Part shown: positions 58,261 to 64,000 of the stretch, one piece after another
Layout of the letters: every line of letters starts with the position of its first letter
Position numbering within the stretch: position 1 is the stretch's first letter
Made by a program: the position numbers and the translations under genes
Notes under the pieces: generated by a model
Seen by the model: the letters and a program-made list of their open reading frames with translations, nothing else
Told to the model about the DNA's origin: nothing
Databases searched by the model: none
Assembly (NCBI GenBank): GCA_963796965.1
Contig: CAWCNS010000016.1
Coordinates: 305,513 to 369,512, forward strand
Length of the DNA stretch: 64,000 nucleotides
Origin: Calditrichia bacterium
GTDB taxonomy: Bacteria; Calditrichota; Calditrichia; JAJRVZ01
Direction of reading: 5' to 3'

Positions 58261-59127
58261 ATGTCTGTTAAGATAGGATTAGCGCTTGGTGGTGGCGGAG
58301 CACGTGGTCTGGCGCATATTGGAGTATTAAAAGTTTTAGAGAAAGAAAATATCCCCATATATCAAATAACCGGCTGCAGTGTGGGAGCTATAATTGGTGG
58401 CGCTTACGCCTTTTTGGGAAACGCCCCTGCAACAGAAAAGTTTGTCCGTAACTTAATAGAAAGCCTTGCATTCAAGAAACTCGATATTCAAATCTTTTCA
58501 ACATTCAATCATAACCAGGCAACACGAGATCTTGATTATTATTTGAATAATCTGAAAAAATATTTTTCTTTATTCAAAGCAGTAAACCGTACTGCCGTTT
58601 ATGACGAAAAACAGGTTCGCGAGATCCTTAAAATATACCCTGAGAAATATATAGAAGATCTTCCAATCCGGTTTGCCTGTATTGCAACAGATTTAATCAG
58701 TGGGCGGGAAATTGTTTTAAAAGAAGGAAATTTAAGAGAAGCTGTGATGGCATCTGCTTCGATACCTGGAATTTTTCCACCGGTTAAAATGGTGAATCAA
58801 TTCTTGATTGACGGTGGAGCAACGGACAGCATACCTGTGCAAATTGTTAAAGGACAAGGGGCTCAGTATGTGCTCGCCATCGATGTGACCAAGTGTATCG
58901 ATGATGTGGAGAAATTTGACAATGCTTTACACATTATTTATAGGGCTGAAGATATCGTCACCTATCATCTAACTAAGGAACGTTTGGCCGGAGCGGATTT
59001 AATTATCCGTCCTAAAGTGCGGCACTTTTCCTGGGCAGAGGTTGACCAGATTGATAAAATTATTGCTGCCGGTGAAAAGGCTACACAGGAAGTAATTCCG
59101 CAAATCAAGCATTTTATTGAAAGTTGA
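58261..59127 (+). CDS. Patatin-like phospholipase
   Basis: GGGARG, GCSVG, ASASIPG, DGG. Confidence 0.92.
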   Translation: MSVKIGLALGGGGARGLAHIGVLKVLEKENIPIYQITGCSVGAIIGGAYAFLGNAPATEKFVRNLIESLAFKKLDIQIFSTFNHNQATRDLDYYLNNLKKYFSLFKAVNRTAVYDEKQVREILKIYPEKYIEDLPIRFACIATDLISGREIVLKEGNLREAVMASASIPGIFPPVKMVNQFLIDGGATDSIPVQIVKGQGAQYVLAIDVTKCIDDVEKFDNALHIIYRAEDIVTYHLTKERLAGADLIIRPKVRHFSWAEVDQIDKIIAAGEKATQEVIPQIKHFIES

Positions 59128-59314
59128 ATATATATATGGATAGTATTATACAGTGGAATTAGATAAACGGATATCAAAACACAATTACCAGTTATATTTC
59201 CATTTATAGGCGGCTGGATAATAACAAAATTTGGATTTAATCCGTTCTTTATGTTATTCATTCCGATTATTTTTTTATCATTCTATTCTATCCATAAAAT
59301 TAATTGTAAAAAAT

Positions 59315-59560
59315 GAAATCAAGAACAGACGAAATATATCCTGTCTTGGTAGTTGAATTGAATACCCTTACGGCAAAAAAAAATGATAAGGCTATGAACA
59401 TTGTTTCTCTTTGGCTTTATTAGCAGGCAATTAAGGCAATCGATATTCATCATGGAGAAAGAATTATCGATTTAGGTTGCTGTACAGGACGTAATATTTG
59501 TCTTATGCCAAAAGATCTAAGTGATATCGGAGAAATATTCGGTATGGATATTTGCAAATT
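59315..59560 (+). pseudogene. SAM-methyltransferase N-terminal remnant
   Basis: AIKAIDIHHGERIIDLGCCTGRNICLM..GEIFGMDI with an in-frame stop upstream and no C-terminal half. Confidence 0.6.
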
Positions 59561-59577
59561 TTGGAAAGGTAATTTTA

Positions 59578-59934
59578 ATGATAGCCCAAAAATTAACTAC
59601 CAATCAGAAAGACCGAATAAGAATTGCCACCCCAACCAATGACGAAATAAATATATTTCCGAAAATGCTGGGCATGGCACGATACTTTTTAATTTATGAG
59701 ATAGAAAATTCGGTGGAGTTCAGACTTATTGAAAAAAGAAATAATCCGTTCGAAAAAACAATGCAGCATTTGAAGACCTTGGATGTATATGAATTGATCC
59801 GAGATTGTTCAATCATTATATCTTCTCATATAGGCAAAAAAGGGATAAAAAGACTTCAAGAAAAAGGAATGAAACTCATTTTTAGGAAGGGCAATTTACA
59901 AGAAGCAATAATTGATTGCATAAAGGATTTATAA
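59578..59934 (+). CDS. Second NifB/NifX-like protein
   Basis: RIATPTND..IF...GMARYFLIY, DCSIIISSHIG..G. Confidence 0.75.
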   Translation: MIAQKLTTNQKDRIRIATPTNDEINIFPKMLGMARYFLIYEIENSVEFRLIEKRNNPFEKTMQHLKTLDVYELIRDCSIIISSHIGKKGIKRLQEKGMKLIFRKGNLQEAIIDCIKDL

Positions 59935-60046
59935 AATAATCGAATTCAAAACTTACTGAATTAAATTTAAAGATTATCAACAGTTATTTTCCAGAATACG
60001 AGGAAAAAATTTTGTAAACATAATAAAAATAAGGGGAAAGAATATA

Positions 60047-60188
60047 ATGTTGCCATTTAAGAATAAATTCATTTTTGCCCCCATTAAAACTGGGTATAGT
60101 GATGGAAATGGTATTGTAACCGAAAGACATCTTGCTTTTTATAAAAGAAGATCTAAGTATTTGGGAGCAGTTATTCCTGAGCCCTTTA
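60047..60188 (+). other. N-terminus of NADH:flavin oxidoreductase (OYE family), cut at the GC junction
   Basis: MLPFKNKFIFAPIKTGYSDGNGIVTERHLAFYKRRSKYLGAVIPEP, then an abrupt switch to high-GC DNA. Confidence 0.8.
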
Positions 60189-60299
60189 GGCCTTCGGCCA
60201 AGGAGGTTGCGGAATAGGGCGAGGTCGAGAAACACGCAACCAGGGGTGCGAATCTCATTGACTCACACCCCCGTGGGATCTGGTTTGTCCCGCGGAAAG

Positions 60300-60968
60300 C
60301 TACTCTTCCTTGGCCTCTTCGGCCGACTCTTCTTCGGCATCGTCGGCCGGGGCCTCGTCGACGACCTCTTCTTCGGTCTCTCGCGGTCTCTTCGGACCGA
60401 CTTCGTCGTCGTCGAAGGCGGGCTTCTCGCTCTTCTGCTTGACGCGATCGTGCACGCCGACGAATTCGAGGATCGCCTGGGCGCCGGCGTCGCCCAGCCG
60501 CGGCTTGGCCAGCTTGAGGATCCGGGTGTAGCCGCCGTCGCGGTCGGCGAAGCGGGGGGCGATCTCGTCGAAGAGGATCTCGACGGCCTGCTTGTCGCCC
60601 AGCAGTCGCAGAGCACGTCGCCGAGCGGCCACGACCGGCGCGATGGCCTGGTTCCACTCCTGCCACTGGTCGCTCTGCCGCCAGGCCCGCCACTGGTCGC
60701 TGCCGCGATCGGCGTCGGTTTCCAGCTGGTCGGCGGCTTCCTGATGGGGCAGGCTGCGGCGGGCGATGGTGACGCACTTCTCGACCAGCGGGCGGACTTC
60801 CTTGGCCTTGTGGAGCGTGGTGACGATGCGGCCCTTGACCTTCGGCGCGTTGTCGTCGTCCTCGGCGTCGCGCTCGGTGAGGATCAGCGCGCTGGCCAGG
60901 TTCCGCAGCAGGGCCCGCTGGTGGTTCGGATTGCGGCCGAGCTTGCGGCCTCTTCTTCGATGTCGCAT
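60300..60968 (-). CDS. rplQ: 50S protein L17, Planctomycetes-type with insertion
   Basis: MRHRRRGRKLGR, IVTTLHKAKE, R.GGYTRILK, RLGDAG; W-rich insert; acidic tail. Confidence 0.95.
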   Translation of the reverse strand: MRHRRRGRKLGRNPNHQRALLRNLASALILTERDAEDDDNAPKVKGRIVTTLHKAKEVRPLVEKCVTIARRSLPHQEAADQLETDADRGSDQWRAWRQSDQWQEWNQAIAPVVAARRRALRLLGDKQAVEILFDEIAPRFADRDGGYTRILKLAKPRLGDAGAQAILEFVGVHDRVKQKSEKPAFDDDEVGPKRPRETEEEVVDEAPADDAEEESAEEAKEE

Positions 60969-61039
60969 GGTCGTCGATTGTCGTATGAAAGTGGTTGTCG
61001 TTGCGGTCAGTCGCGGGCCGGCTGGGCCTGCGGACCGGC

Positions 61040-62046
61040 TCAGAACGGGCTGGCCGGTGCCGGCGGCAGCCGCATCCCCAGGCGCAGCCCGATGTCGGCG
61101 AGCTTCTCGCGGACTTCGGTCAGCGTGGTTTCGCCGAAGTTGCGGACCTCCAGCAGCTGGTCTTCGGTGCGGGTGACCAGGTCGCGGACCGTGTTGATGT
61201 TCTCCGATTCCAGGCAGTTGGTGGCCCGAACCGAGAGGTTCAACTCGGCCAGGCTCATGGTCAGCTTGGCTTCGATGGCCGGGTCGAGCCCGCTGGCGCT
61301 CGACGGCCGCGGGCCTCGGCGTGCACCTTGGTGCCCAGTTCGCTGTACTGGACGAACGGGTTGAGGTGCTTGCGGAGGATCTTGGCCGCTTCGACCAGGG
61401 CCATCTCCGGGCTGATCGAGCCGTCGGTCCAGATCTCCATGGTCAGCTTGTCGTAGTTGGTCTTCTGGCCGACGCGGGTCTCTTCGACCTCGTAGCGGAC
61501 GCGGACGACCGGGCTGAAGGCGGCGTCGATCGGGATGATGCCGATCTCCTGGACCTGCGGCGCTGTGCTCGGTGGCCGGCACGTAGCCGCGGCCGTTCTC
61601 GACGACCATCTCCATGACGAACGGCACGTCGTCGGTCAGCGTGGCGATGCACGTGGTCCTTGTTGATCACCTCGACCGGCTCGTCGGTCTGCGACGTCGG
61701 CGCCGGTGACCGACGCCGCGCGTGTTCTTCTCGATCCGCACGACGCGGGTCTGATCGCTGTGGTTCTTGACGACCAGCGACTTGACGTTGAGCACGATGT
61801 CGGTGACGTCCTCGACCACGCCGGGCAGCGTGGTGAATTCGTGCTGGGCGCCGTGGAGCTTGATCTGCGTGACCGCGCTGCCTTCCAGGCTGGAAAGCAG
61901 GATGCGGCGAAGGCTGTTGCCGATGGTCACGCCGAAACCCGCGCTCGAACGGCTCGGCGACGAACTTGCCGTAGGTGGCCGTCAGGGACTCCCTGTCGCA
62001 CGATCACTTGACTGGGCAGTTCAAGTCCGCGCCATCGAATACGCAT
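61040..62046 (-). CDS. rpoA: RNA polymerase alpha subunit (many frameshifts)
   Basis: [51 protein letters not shown]. Confidence 0.93.
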
Positions 62047-62102
62047 GAGAAGCCTCCGATCGATAAACTGTAGCGGCTTGCAGAGGAATGGCTCGACGCC
62101 GG

Positions 62103-62730
62103 CTACTTGGAGCAGAGCTCCACGATCAATTGGGTCTGAACGGGAATCGAGACGTCTTCGGCCTCGGGCAGCCGGACCACGTGCCCTTCGGGCTGTCGGC
62201 CGTCGACCACGGCTGAGGAAATCGGGGACCTCGCGGCCGATCTCCGCCAGGCTGGCCTGGACCAGCTGCAGGCTCTTGGGCCGGTTCTTGACGCGGATCA
62301 CGTCGCCCGGCCGGACCAGGTAGCTGGGGACGTCGACGCGGCGGCCGTTGACCGTGACGTGGCCGTGGCTGATCATCTGCCGGGCCTGGGCCCGCGACAG
62401 GCCGAAACCCAGCCGGTGGACGACGTTGTCCAGGCGGCGCTCCAGCAGGCTCATCAGCACCTCGCCCGTGTTGCCCTTGGCTCGCTCGGCCTGCTCGAAG
62501 TACTTGCGGAACTGCCGTTCCAGCACGCCGTAGTAGTGCTTGACCTTCTGCTTCTCGCGCAGGTGGATCCCGTAGTCGGTCAGCTTGCCGCGGCGGAAGG
62601 TGTGCATGCCCGGCGGGTTCTCGCGGCGCTCGAAGGCACACTTGCGGCGTGTCGCACGCGATGCCCTTAGGAACAACTTGCATCCCTCGCGGCGGCACAT
62701 CCGGCAGACCGGTCCGGTGTAACGAGCCAT
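62103..62730 (-). CDS. rpsD: 30S protein S4 (frameshifts)
   Basis: [39 protein letters not shown]. Confidence 0.95.
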
Positions 62731-62828
62731 GCCTGGTTTCAACTCCAAGCCGATAATGGTGATTCGTATGGTCGTTTGCATGCCGTCGGATGCCGTCGAA
62801 CGGCCGTCTCGCCGCGGCCGTGCACGGC

Positions 62829-63214
62829 TCAGACGCGGCGGCGTTTCTTCGGGCCGGCAGCCGTTGTGCGGCAAGCGGGGTGACGTCTTCGATCGACTTG
62901 ATCTTCAAGCCCGCCGCCTGCAAGCGCCGTGATCGCACTCTCCCGGCCGCTGCCCGGGCCCTTGACCTTCACGTCGACTTCCTTCATGCCGAACTTGATC
63001 GGCCTTCTCGGCGGCCTGCTGGGCGGCCAACTGCCCGGCAAAGGGCGTGCTCTTGCGGCTTCCCTTGAAGCCGCTCGTGCCGGCACTGGCCCAGCAGAGC
63101 GTGTCGCCCTTGGTGTCGGTGATCGTCATCGTCGTGTTGTTGAACGTCGCCTTGATGTGGGCGACGCCCACGGTCACGTTGCGACGCGTCTTGCGTCGTT
63201 TCGACTTTGGCCAC
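62829..63214 (-). CDS. rpsK: 30S protein S11 (frameshifts)
   Basis: [37 protein letters not shown]. Confidence 0.95.
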
Positions 63215-63303
63215 CGCTTGCGTATACTCCTAATGCAGAGTCGTCGTGCTTGATTCGACTCGGTTCGCGATGCATGCGGCCGATCGCTGCTCGGCAGGTC
63301 GCG

Positions 63304-63686
63304 CTACCGCAGGTCCTTGACGCCCTTCTTGCCGGCCACCGTCTTCTTCGGGCCCTTGCGAGTGCGGGCGTTGGTCCGCGTCCGCTGGCCGCGGACCGGC
63401 AGGCCGCGGCGATGCCGCAAGCCCGCGGTAGCAGCCGATGTCGCGCAGCCGGCGATGTTCTGGTTGATCTGCCGCCGCAACTGACCTTCGACCACGTAGT
63501 CCTTGTCCAGCAGCGCCGCCAGCCGGCCCAATTCGTCCTCGCGAAGTCGCGGGCCCGGACGTGCGGGTCGATGCCCGCCTTGTGGCACAGCTCCCGGGCC
63601 GTCTTCGGCCCCACGCCGTACAGGTACGTCAACGCGACGACCGTCGGGCGATCGTTCGGAATATCGACACCCAACAAACGCGGCAT
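63304..63686 (-). CDS. rpsM: 30S protein S13 (frameshifts)
   Basis: [42 protein letters not shown]. Confidence 0.95.
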
Positions 63687-63761
63687 AGGATTTCTCCCTT
63701 CAGCGGCCGGCCGCCGGCCTAACCAATCTCGAATCGGCTGGCTCCGCACGGCGGAATCGCA

Positions 63762-63875
63762 CTAGCCCTGCCGCTGCTTGTGGCGGGGATTGCTGCACAC
63801 CACGTAGATCACGCCCTTGCGGCGCACGACTTTGCAGTTCTCGCAAATCCGCTTCACGCTGGCACGGACTTTCAT
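63762..63875 (-). CDS. rpmJ: 50S protein L36 (absent from the ORF track)
   Basis: [37 protein letters not shown]. Confidence 0.95.
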   Translation of the reverse strand: MKVRASVKRICENCKVVRRKGVIYVVCSNPRHKQRQG

Positions 63876-64000
63876 CTCGACCTACCTCTCTCACAAATCA
63901 ACGGGGCAAAGCACCTCAGTATAAGCGGTGCGCATGCCAACCTGCCAAGGGCCCAGCCCCTGGGATTCCGCCTCCGAAGGCGGCCTGCCAAGGACAACAG

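Noticed and set aside
60132..63894. Long plus-strand and alternate-frame ORFs in the high-GC part
   Set aside because: Shadow ORFs of ribosomal genes, expected at high GC

Overview
Positions 1 to ~60,188 are an AT-rich bacterial chromosome segment (roughly 35-40% GC by eye). Gene content (T9SS/FlgD-tailed protease, lptE cluster, GWxTD protein, Chlorobi-like tmRNA tag) points to the FCB group, possibly Calditrichota; this is inference. The left ~36 kb is mostly core genes (hybrid kinase, EF-G paralog, hutI, coaE, dnaA with DnaA boxes, purF, ftsY, rimO, tmRNA, 4 tRNAs). It includes a UbiA-prenyltransferase / ferredoxin / geranylgeranyl-reductase cluster resembling archaeal lipid-saturation genes. 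After tRNA-Leu lies a ~23.5 kb redox/thiol/metal/cofactor-repair cluster with two sigma54 promoters of matching layout and several internally deleted gene relics. At ~60,188 an OYE-family gene is cut mid-CDS and joined to a high-GC (~65-70% by eye) Planctomycetes-type rpmJ-rpsM-rpsK-rpsD-rpoA-rplQ operon, most likely a chimeric join. Many genes carry single-base frameshifts, and a large share fall on or beside AGCT, suggesting methylation-linked long-read errors rather than true pseudogenes.
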